NCBI RefSeq assembly: GCF_004010195.1
Contig: NC_057749.1
Span: forward strand, 5,869,339-5,918,160
Source: Chiloscyllium plagiosum
Taxonomy: Eukaryota
Length of the DNA: 48,822 nucleotides
Direction: 5' to 3'
Position numbers and translations under genes: made by a program. Below, one piece after another: positions 13,336 to 25,690 of this stretch. The notes below the pieces were generated by a model. The model was not told the DNA's origin and made no database searches. It was given only the letters and a program-made list of their open reading frames with translations. Position 1 is the first letter of the stretch; each line of letters begins with the position of its first letter.

Positions 13336-13531
13336 GGAGAAAGTGAGGACTGCAGCTGCTGGAGATCAGAGTTGAAGTGTGTGGCGCTGGAAAAGCACAG
13401 CCAGTCAGGCAGCATCCGTGGAGCAGGAGAGGCGATGTTTCGAGCATAAGCTCTTCATCAGGGATCATTCCTGATGAAGAGCTTATGCTTGAAATGTTGA
13501 GTCTCCTGCTCTTCAGATGCTGCCTGACTGA
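13336..13531. mobile_element. Non-autonomous PLE-derived fold-back element with two back-to-back hammerhead cores
   Basis: Perfect 14-bp TSD ttgacctaacacca (13322-13335 and 13532-13545); arms 13402-13462 and 13470-13530; CTGATGA-A-gagc(ttat)gct(c/t)-GAAA on both strands. Confidence 0.85.
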
Positions 13532-13720
13532 TTGACCTAACACCACACAGGACAATGGCCAGTTGGTGACCTGTACTCCATCGATAATGACCCCAGCTGT
13601 TTGCATGTGGTCCTGATCTCGTGTTGAGGTCTCCAGGGTTGTAACCCCATCAGAACCAGCTCTGAACCATTGCTATAGCATCTCCTTTGGGCTCAATGCT
13701 CAGAGGCAGCTGAAGCAAGT

Positions 13721-14128
13721 CAGACTTGCCTTTACATAGCAACTTTTCAGGCCCTAAGGGTGTCCCCAAAGCACATTGCAGCTGCTGAAGTATTTTTGAC
13801 ACGGAGTCACTGTTGCAATGGAGGATATTGTTATTGCACAGTAGGATTCCACAAACACCAAATGCACAATGATCAGATAATCTGTTTTCAAGTTGTTGTT
13901 TGGGGAATAAGTACAACACGAGGACATTGGGGATAATTCCTTGGCGCTTCTTCCAACAGCATCCTTCACATTCATATGGATGTTTTACAATGCAGTAGGT
14001 GATCTCTCTTTCATATCATCCAAAAAGGCAGAAAGTCTGACCATGCAGCAGTGTGCCAGTCAGCCTAGAATTTGTGTGCTTGTTCCTGGACCTTCCCAAC
14101 CATAGCTGAGAGTGCTCTCTTTCTGCCA
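13721..14128 (-). mobile_element. Deu-domain SINE (SacSINE1/AmnSINE1-like), degenerate
   Basis: Reverse complement resembles the recalled Deu-domain/tail motifs (AAAACAGATTATCTGATCATT, CATTGCAACAGTGACT, GCTTTGGG...GCAAGTCT); second copy at 21562-21948. Confidence 0.6.
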
Positions 14129-14802
14129 CATCTCTGGAGGACAGAACATTGTATAGAAATCCAGATATACTTTGTAATAATTTTCAAATGCAGAACTAGG
14201 GCAGGGTTAGCAAGTGATGTAAAAGTCGACTCACTGTAATTTGCCTCAAAGCCACATAGTGACAGGCGTGGAATATTTTTCCTGGGTTTAAGGTACTCTT
14301 GTTTATTAGGTTAAATAAAATTTATGTCTTTAGAGGAAATTCTGAGTTCAGCATTATTTTTAGCATGCTGGCTAATGTGCTTGTGAACTGTTTTAACGAA
14401 GCCATTAATCCAATAAGACAGTTTTATTTGGTTTTAATTGTGCATATAAGATTAATTAGTGCACTGATCTTTAAGGGTAAAGGTAGAATGGTGAGTCACA
14501 CAGTATGAAAAGAAAGAAATGAAGCCTTGCATTTATATTGCACCTTTCATCACCCCTCATCTTCCCAAAGTACTTTATGGCAAATGGAGTACTTTTGATG
14601 TATAGACAGTGTTATAATGTAGGAAGCATACAGGGATTTAACCAGATTCTCCCCATCTTAAAAGCTGATTGTTTGAAATGCTGAGCAAGGTGAGACAGGA
14701 TAACTCCAAAGTTATTGTTCAGGATCACTTTGCATGAGGCATCTTTTTTTTTCCTTAGTCCCTCGGGATTGAGGGCAACTTGCTTCCTCTCCCACACAGT
14801 AG

Positions 14803-14930
14803 GTTCTGATGAAGGGCTCCGGCCCGAAATGTCGATTTTCCTGCTCCTCAGATGCTGCCTGACCTGCTGTGCTTTTCCAGCAAAACACTCTAAACTCCGA
14901 TCCCCAGCATCTGCAGAACTCGCTGTCTTC
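14803..14930 (+). mobile_element. PLE terminal-repeat fragment with hammerhead core
   Basis: CTGATGA-A-gggc(tccg)gccc-GAAAT-GTC at 14806-14833, followed by the same GATGCTGCCTGACCTGCTG...CCAGCATCTGCAG terminus as the 11724 and 47330 copies. Confidence 0.8.
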
Positions 14931-15584
14931 TAAGTTCTGAGATGGACCAAACGCAGGCAAAGGGGATTAGTTTAATTATGAAAACTGGGCAGGGTAGCCA
15001 GGTTGAGTCAAAGGGCTGTTTCCATGCTGTAGACCTCTATGACCCTGCGGTTGACATATCCACTGTACCATCAGCATCTCCAGAACAGCTGATGCCTAAA
15101 GGGTTGGCTGGATGAGGCAGGTCAAGGTTTGTGCATTCCCTCTGATGACTCAACTTGGACTCTGAATGTTTCTATTTTCTGTTTGGAGTCTTCCCAGATG
15201 TACCTTCTCCAATTTCACCAACCACAAAACTGGGTATCCCTGAGTTGGACCACTTCCAGAATGCTCTGAGGACCATTTCTAACATGTTTAGGCTCTGCTC
15301 CTGGGATTCTCCAGCTGAGTGACTGAGCCCCGAGTGGAAGAATTGCTTCCAGGAGGTTTGGCAATGGGCATATGCTTAACATGCCCCTCCCAAGGTTGAC
15401 ATTAGCAAATTTCAATTATATCAGCCCTTTAACATAACAAAAGAACTCAAGATGTTTCACAGTAGTGTTACCAAACAAAACCTGAATAGTAACAGAGGTG
15501 AACAATGGCTTGGTCAAAATGGAAGATTTTAATGATCACGTGAAAAGAGTCAAGAGAGGTAAATGATGTAAATTTTTGTAACAA

Positions 15585-15750
15585 AATCCTGTAATTCCCT
15601 CTCTAAAGGCATTGGGGGTTAACCCACATCAGGTGGACTGCAGCAGTTAAAGAAGGCAGCTCATCACCACCTTCTTAAGGGGCAACTAGGGACGGGCAAT
15701 AAATGCTGACCCAGCCAGTGACACCCCCATCCCACAAAGGAATGAAAGAA
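15585..15750 (+). mobile_element. CR1/L2-type LINE 3' end (old family)
   Basis: GGACTGCAGCAGTTAAAGAAGGCAGCTCATCACCACCTTC...GGGCAATAAATGCTG; minus-strand copies at about 17890-18110, 31205-31826 and 44700-45205. Confidence 0.6.
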
Positions 15751-16065
15751 ATCCCTGACAGTTTGTTTTACCTAATGAGGCAATGCTTATGTTCATTCCC
15801 TGAACATGAAAAAGAATGGTGGGCTTGGATATTGAGGCCAACTGGAAGGGCTCAAGGGAATTCCAACACTTGGTGGCTGAAGGCAAAGCTGGAAGGAGGG
15901 ATGAAAATCAGGGACACACAAGAAGTCACTACTAGAGTAGTGTAGTGATGTAAAGGCTGAAGAAGATTGCAGAGCAAGAAGGATCAATGAGTCAATATTT
16001 TCCAGTTAACTTCCAATTTCACAATGCACTGGAGATGCCTAATTGTGAAACAAAACAAAGAAATT

Positions 16066-16770
16066 AGAAACCAAAACAGAAATTTCTGGAACAGCTCAGC
16101 ATGTCTGGCAGCATCTGTGGAGTGACATTTGATTAATGTTTTGGGTCCAGTGACCCTTCTTCAGAACTGACGGGAGCTAGGAAAAAGTTTTTTTTTCTGC
16201 AGACGAAAGGGTGGAGGGAGGGGGTAAGGAATAAACAATAGACGAAGGTAGAGCCCAAAGAGAGATAAGAACAGTTGGACAGACAAAGGAGTGGATGACA
16301 ATCAGCCAAGGAGAATGAATAGCTACTAATGAGGCCTATTAATGGCTAACATTGGGTAATGTGTAATCACAGACCATGTGGTAATAAGGCAGAGGTGGGT
16401 ACTGCAGATGCTGGAGAGTAAAGTCAAGATTAGAGTGGTGCTGGAAAAGCACAGCAAGTCAGGCAGCATCCGAGGAGCAGGAAAATCGACGTTTTGGTCA
16501 AAACCACCTCATCAGGAGTAATAACAATTATAACATGTGATAATAAGGCCTGGCATGTGTGTAAGGACATGGGAGAAGGTTCCTCTAGCCCTAACTTTCT
16601 TGAATGCGATATTGAGTCCAGAGGATTGTAGGGTCCCCAAGTTGAAAATGAGATGTTGTTCTTTCAGCTTGCTCTGAGCTTCGCTGGAGCACTGCAGCAA
16701 GCCTGAGACAGAGATGTTGACCACGGGACAGGGTGGGGTGCCGAAGTGGCAGGCAATGGGAAGCTCATGG
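16066..16770 (-). mobile_element. Penelope-like element 3' part (GIY-YIG remnant, 3' UTR, hammerhead terminus) with a nested PLE terminus at 16391-16533
   Basis: ORF 16512-16724 contains KLKEQHLIFNLGTLQSSGLNIAF; degenerate hammerhead at 16133-16168; colinear with 37326-37935 in the opposite orientation. Confidence 0.8.
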
Positions 16771-17711
16771 CCTAATCATGGCTGAGCAAGAATCTCTCCT
16801 TCTGCCTGCCATTGGCGTTAATTGGAAGGTTTTGTAGGTTGTTTGTCCTCATCATGAGCACATCTGCCTTGGTTGTCAATCCCTGAGCTGGGCTCAAACT
16901 TGACGTTTCTGATTCAAAAGCAGCTGAGGCAACCCACTGGGCCACTTTGCAGGGATGTTTGGGCCCCTATTTACTTGTCCATCTTGAGCACAGCCTTCGC
17001 TTTTGTAATCATTTCGAATCCAGCACAATGTTACAAAGCATTTTCCTTCTGTTTTGGCTTCGCTCCAGAAGAAAATTAGGTCAGTCCGAGATACTGAACA
17101 AGTAATGAAATTTCAGCCCAACAGCTGTTAGTGTGTGTGTGTTTCTTTTAAAAATATACTTTCAATGGCCTTCCCCATTAGCATCAGCACATGAAACACA
17201 TGCAAATACACAAATGGAAAAAATTCGCAGGCCTTTGAAATACATGTCACATCAAAGTGTTTGAAGCGCTGAATTCTAAAGTACGATGTGAAAATAATAT
17301 TGCACACAATCAATACATTCGGAGAGATGTGGGAGGGCCAAAAACACAGCATATAACATGTGTAAGATAATAAAAAGAATGTCACAGAGTCTGCACTTGA
17401 CCTAAGGATTAGGAGATTTCCCCAATTGGGTTTCTCCTCCAGAATGTCATTAGCTACTTCAAGGAAGTTGAAAACAATTGCCTAAATGATTACCTGGCAT
17501 CACTTTGCAGTGACCGTGAGATAAATTAAGTCTTTCCGAGATGTTGCCTCGTGATGGGGAATATGTCTTCACTTACCTCTGTGATCTAAAGTGCTCTCTG
17601 GCAAACAAGGAAATCTGCATTACACTTTTCAATGACTCCATCAGTAAATTCAATCTTCCCTCCACTGGAGCTCCATTGCGCAGAAATTCTCCATCTGCAA
17701 ACAAAAAAAAT

Positions 17712-17834
17712 CCTGCTGATTCTGGAAATCAGAAACAAAAACAGAAATGACTGGAAAAACTCAGTAGGTCTGGCAGCATCCGTAGAGAGAAAGCAGAGTT
17801 AATGTTTTGGGTGTAGCGACCCTTCTTCAGAACT
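17712..17834 (-). mobile_element. PLE terminal-repeat fragment ('GGTCTGGCAGCATCTGTGGAG' family) with decayed hammerhead
   Basis: Ends GACCCTTCTTCAGAACT; related copies at about 1798-1886, 8775-8865, 18500-18600, 19715-19852, 21215-21305, 22505-22606, 33705-33888 and 40091-40192. Confidence 0.7.
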
Positions 17835-18179
17835 CAAGAGTCTTGCTGCAGCTGTACAGGACATTGCAATTGATGTCCCCCAACTTTTTTTTATTTACTC
17901 GTGGGACATGGACATCACAGCACTTATTGCCCATCCTAGTTGCCCTTGAGAAGGTGGTGGTGAGCTACCTTCTTGAACCGCTGGAGTCCATTTAGTGTGG
18001 GTAGACCCACAATACCGTTAGGGAGGGAATTCCAGGATTTTGACTGAATGGTACTAAAGGAATGCAGACATATTCGCAAGTCAGAATGTTGAGGGTTTGA
18101 CTGGGAACTTGAAGTGTTCTGTATAAGGTGGCAACATAGGTGCAGTGAGGGCAATTCAGTGGAACTGCATTAGGTTGAA

Positions 18180-18683
18180 GTCTTTGTCTTTGATAAGTTT
18201 AAGCAGGTTGTCCCTGTACTCAAAGAATGAGAGGTGATCTTATTGGAATATTGAGGATGTTTGACAGGGTAAATGCTGAGAGGGTGTTGTCCGTCACTGG
18301 AGGCATCTAGAGCTAGTTACCAGAACAGTTTCAGAATAAGAGATCTCATGCTTAGAACCAAGCTGAGGAAGAATTATTTTCTCTCCTGGTCATGAGTATT
18401 TTGAATTCTTTATCCCGGTGAGTTGAAGGTTATAGGGGACAGGCAGGAATGTAGATTGAAGCTACAATAGATCAGTCACAAGAAAACTCAAAGAACTACG
18501 GGCGCTGAAAATCAGAAATTGCTGGAAAAGCTCAACAGGTCAGGCAGCATCTGCAGGGAGAGAAAGCAGAGTTAAGGTTTTGGGTCCAGTCTTCAGAACT
18601 CAGTCCTGATCTTACAGATTGGTGGAGCAGGCTTGAGGAGCCAAATGGCCTACTCTCTTGCTCCTATTTCATATGGTCTTATG
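18180..18683 (+). mobile_element. Old CR1-type LINE 3' fragment with a nested PLE terminus (about 18480-18600)
   Basis: GAATGAGAGGTGATCTTATTG...AATGGCCTACTCTCTTGCTCCTATTTC tail. Confidence 0.65.
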
Positions 18684-18963
18684 CAAGTACAATTCTTCAT
18701 ACAGAATAAACCATTGCAGTACATATGTGAAAGAATGGAGTAGTGCTGATAGAGCCAATGTTTGCACCAGCTGTAGAACTCGCCCAGCTTCAACAGACTT
18801 CCAACATTGGCAAGATACGTTCGAATAAGGGAGGTGTTTCAGCCCATTTAGCTTTCACCATCTGGCATAGCAAGTGGCACATCCTGTAGCTGCTCTGTGA
18901 ATGATTTGATTACCATGTCCTCACCAATACATCCTGGTAACAGGTCTTGTTTGCTGCCAGCTT

Positions 18964-19350
18964 CATACAGTCATAGAGATGTACAGCATAGAAACAGATC
19001 CTTCGGACCAACCCGTCCGTGCCGACCAGATATCCCAACCCAATCTAGTCCCACCTGCCAGCACCCTGCCCATATCCCTCCAAACCCTTCCTATTCATAT
19101 ACCCATCCAGATGCCTCTTAAATGTTGCAATTGTACCAGCCTCCACCACTTCCTCTGGCAGCTCATTCCATACAAGCATCACCCTCTGTGTGAAAAAAGT
19201 GCCCCTTAGGTCTCTTTTATATCTTTCACCTCTCACCCTAAACCTATGCCCCTCTAGTTCTGGACTCCCCCACCCCAGGGAAAAGACTTTGTTTATCCTA
19301 TCTATGCCCCTCACAATTTTGTAAACCTCTATAATGTCCCCCCACAGCCT
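18964..19350 (-). mobile_element. CR1/HER1-like LINE 3' fragment
   Basis: Nearly identical to 3734-4085; ORF 19045-19314 contains FFTQRVMLVWNELP. Confidence 0.88.
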
Positions 19351-19959
19351 AAGGAATATACCCTGGTGTTGGAGCAGACTTCTTTTTCCTATGTTCCTAC
19401 CTCATCAAACATGCACCTTTCTCAACACTGAACCCTGCTTTTAGACATTGGGAGAAATGTAACTACACAGAAAATGAAAGTGTTTGGGCTCAGCGGGAGA
19501 GGTTAATATGCTAAAACTCCCAACATTCCACCCTCCTCTAACTTGTCGGCTTTAATGAGAGGCATGATGAAGGTTGCTTAACTCAGTCCGCAAGCCTTGG
19601 TTGATCTTTTGAGCTCTTTTTTAATGAGGCTACATGTTTTTTTTTAAAATGACCCACTTTGAATTTGACTCTGGAAGGGTTGATTTCTGGACTCGGAAAT
19701 CCTGACAATGATTAAAAATTAAAAAAGCATGACAGATGCTGGAAATCATAAACAAAAACAGAAATTGTTGGAATGGCTCAGTCGGTCCAGCAGCACCTGC
19801 AGAGAGAAATCAGAGTTCATATTTTTGGGTGCGGTGACCCTTCCTTAGAACTTGTGACAATGACAATGATTGTTGAGCTCAAGGAGCAAGTGCCTTTCTT
19901 TTTATCTGCTGGAGCTAACCAATGTCAAAACCGTTCATGAGGTCCTTCACATCAGTCCT

Positions 19960-20255
19960 CGGGGAGGGGAGTGGTGGGACAGGGTAGGGGCCGGGGGAGT
20001 GGGAAGTGATGGGACAGGGTGGGCAGGAGGTGGTGAGATGTTGGTGGGGCGGGAGGTGGGAGGGTTGTGGGAGGGGTAAGCGGGATGGGACATGCTGGGG
20101 AGGGGGAGAATTTTGGGATAGGGTGGTTTGGAGGGGAGTCATGGGACAGGGTGGGAGCAGGGGAGAGGGGGAAGTGATGGGACAAGGTGGGTTGGGTGGG
20201 TGGAGGCGTAGGTGATGAGATGTTGGTAGGGTGGGGAGGTGGGAGGAACTCCACA
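19960..20255 (+). repeat. G-rich imperfect tandem repeat (GTGATGGGACAGGGTGGG-like units)
   Basis: Repeated (A/G)TGGGACAGGG and many GGG runs. Confidence 0.75.
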
Positions 20256-21019
20256 TGGGTGATAAGTGCATGACGGTCATTGGGCGCCTGTGTTAGGCCA
20301 AAGATGTCTTTGAGCGGCAGTACCTGTGACTGAGCAGTGATTTCCCTGTGTGGGGAGGGGTGGTAAAGCTGACTTAAATGTAAAATGCCCCATTTCCTTC
20401 TGGCTGAGGGGTTGTACTCCGCGAGACCTCATCCCTGCAATCAAAGAAGAAAAGCTTTAAATGTTGCAACTTGTTATAACTCATATGGATAACCTCGAGA
20501 GTGAGTATCCAAAAAGAAGCTGAACACAAAAGGAGTGTCAGGACATTACTCAACTTCTTTCAGAGAAGAGAGGCCTTTAAAAATTGACAGAGGAAAAACA
20601 AGACATGCAAATGCCTTTTACTGAGATAGGTAGTGCTATCTTCTGGAACAGCAAGCTATAAATGTTAGATTCAAGCAGCACTTTGACAATGCACCAGACG
20701 CTATATTTAGTGATATATCCAGATGCTGATACTATTGTGCTAACCCAGTGTTTGCAAAAATAAGCCTGTGAGTGAATTGCTTTCTGTTGTTAAGATCTAA
20801 GCCAGATTAACGTCAGTTTTGTTTACACATTCATTTTGTGGAAATAAATATTTAGAGAGAGATTATTTTTTATTAGTTTTTTTTAAAGAAAATGAGATTG
20901 TTCTTATGAAAAGCAAAAAGATTTGAAGGAGATTTAACTGGGGTTCTCCGAATGATTGAGGTATTAGAACAGCTCTTCCCAGAACATTTTCCCACTGTTA
21001 TTCCAAATCAAGCCTTGAA

Positions 21020-21203
21020 AATTGAATTGAATTGAATTTATTGTCACATGTACCGAGGCACAGTGAAAAGTTTTGTCTTGTGAGCAATACAGGCAAATCA
21101 CAGTGTTAAGTAGCATAGATAGTAAATAATAGGTAAACAGTGGCAAAAACAAAAACACAGGTACAGGTGAATGTTAAGAGTTTGTGAGTCCATTCAGTAT
21201 TCT
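21020..21203 (-). mobile_element. Rex1/Babar-like LINE 3' UTR fragment with (CAATT)n tail
   Basis: Near-identical to 34537-34720. Confidence 0.8.
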
Positions 21204-21561
21204 GCCACTGGAAACAAAAAAAGCTGGAGATCACAGAGGGTCAGGTGGCATCCATGGAGGGAGAGCAAGCTAGCATTTTGAGTCCAGGTGACTGTCCCTC
21301 AGAGTTTGACAATCATCAACCTCTTGAGAGAGGACTGAGAGTAGAGCCAGGGGGCTGCTGGGAGAGCTGCAGCCTGTTAGAGTAAATTAAAAAAAAAGTC
21401 CTTTACCCTTTCCCAGTCCTTACTAGAAAATACAGGAAAATGGAGAGATTCTGTCGTTGCCGTAGAGAATGGAAGCGATGAATGAATTCAACACTGCCGT
21501 TATGCTGAAGAGTATGCCACGGAACAATACACTGTTGTAATTGAGCTTTCAACAACAAAAA

Positions 21562-21948
21562 GAAAGACCTGTATTTATGCAGCACCTATCATGATGAAAG
21601 GATGTTCCAAAATCATTTGAACAGCCAATTAAATAATTTTTGAAGTGTAGTTGCAGCTGTCATGTCGGAAACACAGCAATTTGTACACAGCAAGGTTCCA
21701 CAAAATGCAATGTGATAATGACCAGGCCATCTGTCTTTATGATGTTAATTGAGGATAAGTATTGGCCAGGACATCAGGGATAACTTTGCTACTTTTCTTC
21801 AAATTAATGCAGCGGGATCCTTTACATCCTGAAATGATTGAATAAGACATCATTTAAATGAGAAAGACAGCACCCCCAGTAGAGCAGCACTCCCTCAGTG
21901 TCCTCTTTGATCTTGTCCTGAAGTGGGACTTGAACCCAGAACCTTCTG
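21562..21948 (-). mobile_element. Deu-domain SINE, degenerate
   Basis: Same motifs as 13721-14128, plus GGGACTTGAACCC (B-box on the minus strand) at about 21926. Confidence 0.6.
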
Positions 21949-22864
21949 TGAAAGTAGTGATACTTAATATCCAACATTTTTGATCTCTGGCTGGAGATGG
22001 AAATGTCTGAAAAGGTGGCATCTGATCATGCTTACCGGCATTGTCTCGTTTTCATTACAGGAAGTGAGGGGCTAGGGAATGGTATCTGTCCACATGCAGT
22101 AAATAATTTATTGGGTGAAAAAGATTGTCAACAACAGAAACTGACTGCGAATATTAGGACTCCCAAAAAGGACTAAAGCACAGCCAGAACTTGGATGCAA
22201 CCTCTGGGTGACAGACTGGGGGGTGAGGCCTGTGCTGTGTCTTCCAGTGTACTGTTGCAGCCCCTTTTCATTCCTCTGTCACCTCCCCCCTCCAATCTGA
22301 CATTGATGGATTACAGGATGAAGAGTTGGAAATCCATTTTACATTCTGTTTCCAACCCAATGCATTGCAGATAGCACTAGTCCTTTGCTTCGAAAGGTGT
22401 TGAATGAAAAAAAAAGGCAAATTACCTTTCAGAAGAAGAGAAACTCGGAGATTTTAGTGGAACGAAATTGCCAGATATTAAACCACACTAAATCAAAGCC
22501 CAGTACTGTGGACGCTGGAAATCTGAAATAAAAGCAGAAAATGCTGGACAAAACTTAGCAAGTCTGGCAGCATCTGTGGAGAAACAGTGTGTATTTTGAG
22601 TCTTCAGCCCCCCCAGCTTTTGGGTGATTGAAAATGTTATACAGTGCCAGTCTAACTGTGCGTGCATTAGAGACAGAAAGGGATACAGGGATAGTGAAGG
22701 AAAACAGATTGGAGATCAAAATCTGAGCATGATTTTATTGAATGAAAGAGTGATACATCCAGTTCATGTCCATATTTTTTACACTATAAACTTGTAACAA
22801 TTTTGAGACAGATTGTTGGTCAATGTTTATTTTGTCTGTCTATGCCAAGAGTTTTGGGAGAAAT

Positions 22865-23226
22865 CATAGAATCTCTCCAGTGTTGAAGTAGGCCATTCGA
22901 TCCTTTGCGTCCACACTGACCTTCCAAACAGCATCACACCCAGATCCATCCCTACCCCCACACCAGTCCTGTAACCCTGTATTTCCCATGCCTAGTCCAC
23001 CGAGCCTGCACATCATTGGATGCTATGGACAATTGAGCATGGCCAACCCACTCTAACCTGCACATCTTTGGATTGTGGGAAGAAACTGGAGCAGCTGGAG
23101 GAAACCCACTCAGACACGGGGAGAATGTGTAAACTCCAAACAGACTATCCCCCAAGGCTGGAATTGAACCCGGGTCCCTGGTGGCATGAGGTAGCAGTGC
23201 TAACCAACAAGCCACCATGCCGCCCC
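22865..23226 (-). mobile_element. HE1-type SINE
   Basis: Reverse complement of the HE1 head, core and tail. Confidence 0.8.
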
Positions 23227-24924
23227 CACATCCTATCGTATCACAGCCAGAGGAGCTGAAATCAGAAAACCGGTTAATGTGGAATCTATACAGCGTGAGA
23301 GTTTGAAGCATGGCAATGGGCTTTCTCCAAGTTTTTATTTTAACTGCCCACATTTGTGTGTCGGTGCAGAGTAAATGATGGTTTTCTCAATTAAATGACA
23401 GTATTTAGACCATAAATGCCTGTTTCCAAGGAGTGTAATGAAGTGTTTGCTCTGTTTTCCCTCTATCAGCTTTCAAATCCACCTACTTATCTTTGAGAGG
23501 TCACAAAACTCAAACTGTGTGATGTACTGTACACTACTTGCAGTCACAGCTGTATAATGTCAGCAATCTGTGTCCAAAACTGTTACACATCCATTATGTA
23601 TTTGCAAAGTGATCATTTCTTCAGATGCAGCATTTGCTAACTCATTACTTTCATTCACCTTCTAAATTCTGATAGTCTACTGTCAAATCGTGCACAATAT
23701 TGATTAATAAAAAAGGCAATGTTCCTGTTTTGGATGGTTACTGAATATACTTATTATAGAACTGGACGAACAACCTGAACATTGTAAATTCAAGTGTGAT
23801 ATTTCAATCCTAAATCTGGTTATGAGAGATCCAAAACCAAAGGGAAAAAATATGATGTGGTGGTGCTGGTGTTGGACTGAGGTGAACAAAGTCAGAGGTC
23901 ACACGACACCAGGTTATAGTCCAACAAGTTTAATTAAAATCACAAGCCTAGTTTCGTGTGACTTCTCACAAAGGGTAAAAGACAATGAACAAGCCTTTCA
24001 GTCCGCATTAGCATATTAGGAAAGCATAGCTCCTGCCTGCACCTCACCAGGATATATGTGACTCCAATCCCACCATATAGAGCTCCGAGGCACACAAGAT
24101 CATTATGCCTATGATTTCTCCCAAAACTCATGGCATAGAGAGAGAAAGAAAAATGTTGACCAGGTACAAAGTTGTTACAAGTATGTAATGTAAGGAAAAC
24201 GGACATGACCCAGATATAGCTCCACCATTCTTTGGCCAATCTTTGATCTCCAGTCTGTCTTTCTTTGCTCCCCCTATATTCCTTCCTGTGGTTTAATATC
24301 TTGAACGTACTCTGCACAATGTACCTGAGATAGAGAAACCCAAGACTTGCTCTTGGGTGGAAAATTTCCTCTGAAAGACTGACTTTTTATCCTGAGGCCA
24401 TGACCTCAGTTTCATGACTTTCCAACCACGGGAAAAGCCTCTCAGCATCTAAAGTCATTAAGCTCTTTAGGAATCTATACCTTTTAATTGTGGAACAGTG
24501 GTAATGTCCTTACCCCTGGATCAGAAGGCCTGGGTTCAAGTCCCACCTGCGCCAGAGGTGTATAATAACATCTCTGAATCAAGTTGATTTGGAAAAACAG
24601 CTTAGACAAATAATTTCAACAGCCTCTTGTGGGGAAAATGTAATCTTGGAGATGTTTTGTGAGGGTTTGCATGCTTACGGTGTTCTGGGTCATGGGATGG
24701 ACCTATAACACTCAACGGATGAATGCAGCAGCATGTGCCTCATGTATACTATCACTGCTCATTTGCAGGTTTATCCTTTCAGAAATTTGACTATATATTT
24801 TGATTTTACTGAGTGAGTATATTCAGAAGATTCTGGATAAGGCTGTCTGATATTGTACTGAACTCCCAAGGAAATGCAATCTCTTAAAATTACCCTTTTA
24901 ATATATTCATAAGTGGGATTGGAA

Positions 24925-25392
24925 GTATAATAGAATGGTTGCAGCACAAAGGGAGGCCATTCTGCCTGCCGCATCTATCCTGGCTCCCTGCAACAATAAT
25001 TCACAGCTCTGCTTCCTGACCTTAGACCTCATGATCCTGCAATTTATTTTCTCTTCCAATTCCAAGAAGCAATGATTGAATCTGCCTCCACCATATCCTT
25101 TGACAGTACATTCCCAGCTCCTAAACACTTGATGCAGGAAAAATGGTTTTCCCTCACATTGCCTTTGCTTCTTTTGCCAGTCACCTTAAATGGGTGGTCT
25201 CTAGTTCTCAACCTTGCCACCAATTGCTTCCGATCTACTCATTTCCAGATCCCTCATTATTTTGAATGCCTCTATCCTCTTCCCTTGTGAGAACAACTCT
25301 AGCTTCGCCAACCTAACCATGCAACTTAGGTTCCTCATCCCTGGAAGCATTCCGATAAATCATCTTCTCTGTACTCTGTCTGAAACCATCAT
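24925..25392 (-). mobile_element. Old CR1-type LINE 3' fragment
   Basis: GGAGGCCATTCTGCC, GCCTCCACCA...CATTCCCAG and CATCCCTGG motifs typical of the CR1 ends in this window. Confidence 0.55.
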
Positions 25393-25394
25393 GT

Positions 25395-25690
25395 CATAGA
25401 CTTCCTATAGTGTGGAAACAGGCCAAAGAGCATCGCACCCATCCTTACCTACAATTCTCTGTTTCCTACAGTCAACCCATTTAGCCTGCACATCCCTGGG
25501 CACTATGGGGAATTAGCAATGACCAATCCAGCTAACCAGCACATTTTTGGACTGTGGGAGGAAACCGGAGCGCCCAGACACAGGGAGAATGTGCAAATTC
25601 CACACGGACAGTCGCTTGAAACTGGGATCGAAACTGGCTCCCTGGCACTTTGAGGTAGCAGTGCTAACCATTGAGCCACCACGTCATCCC
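25395..25690 (-). mobile_element. HE1-type SINE
   Basis: TTGGACTGTGGGAGGAAACCGGAG...GAGAATGTGCAAA core. Confidence 0.78.
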
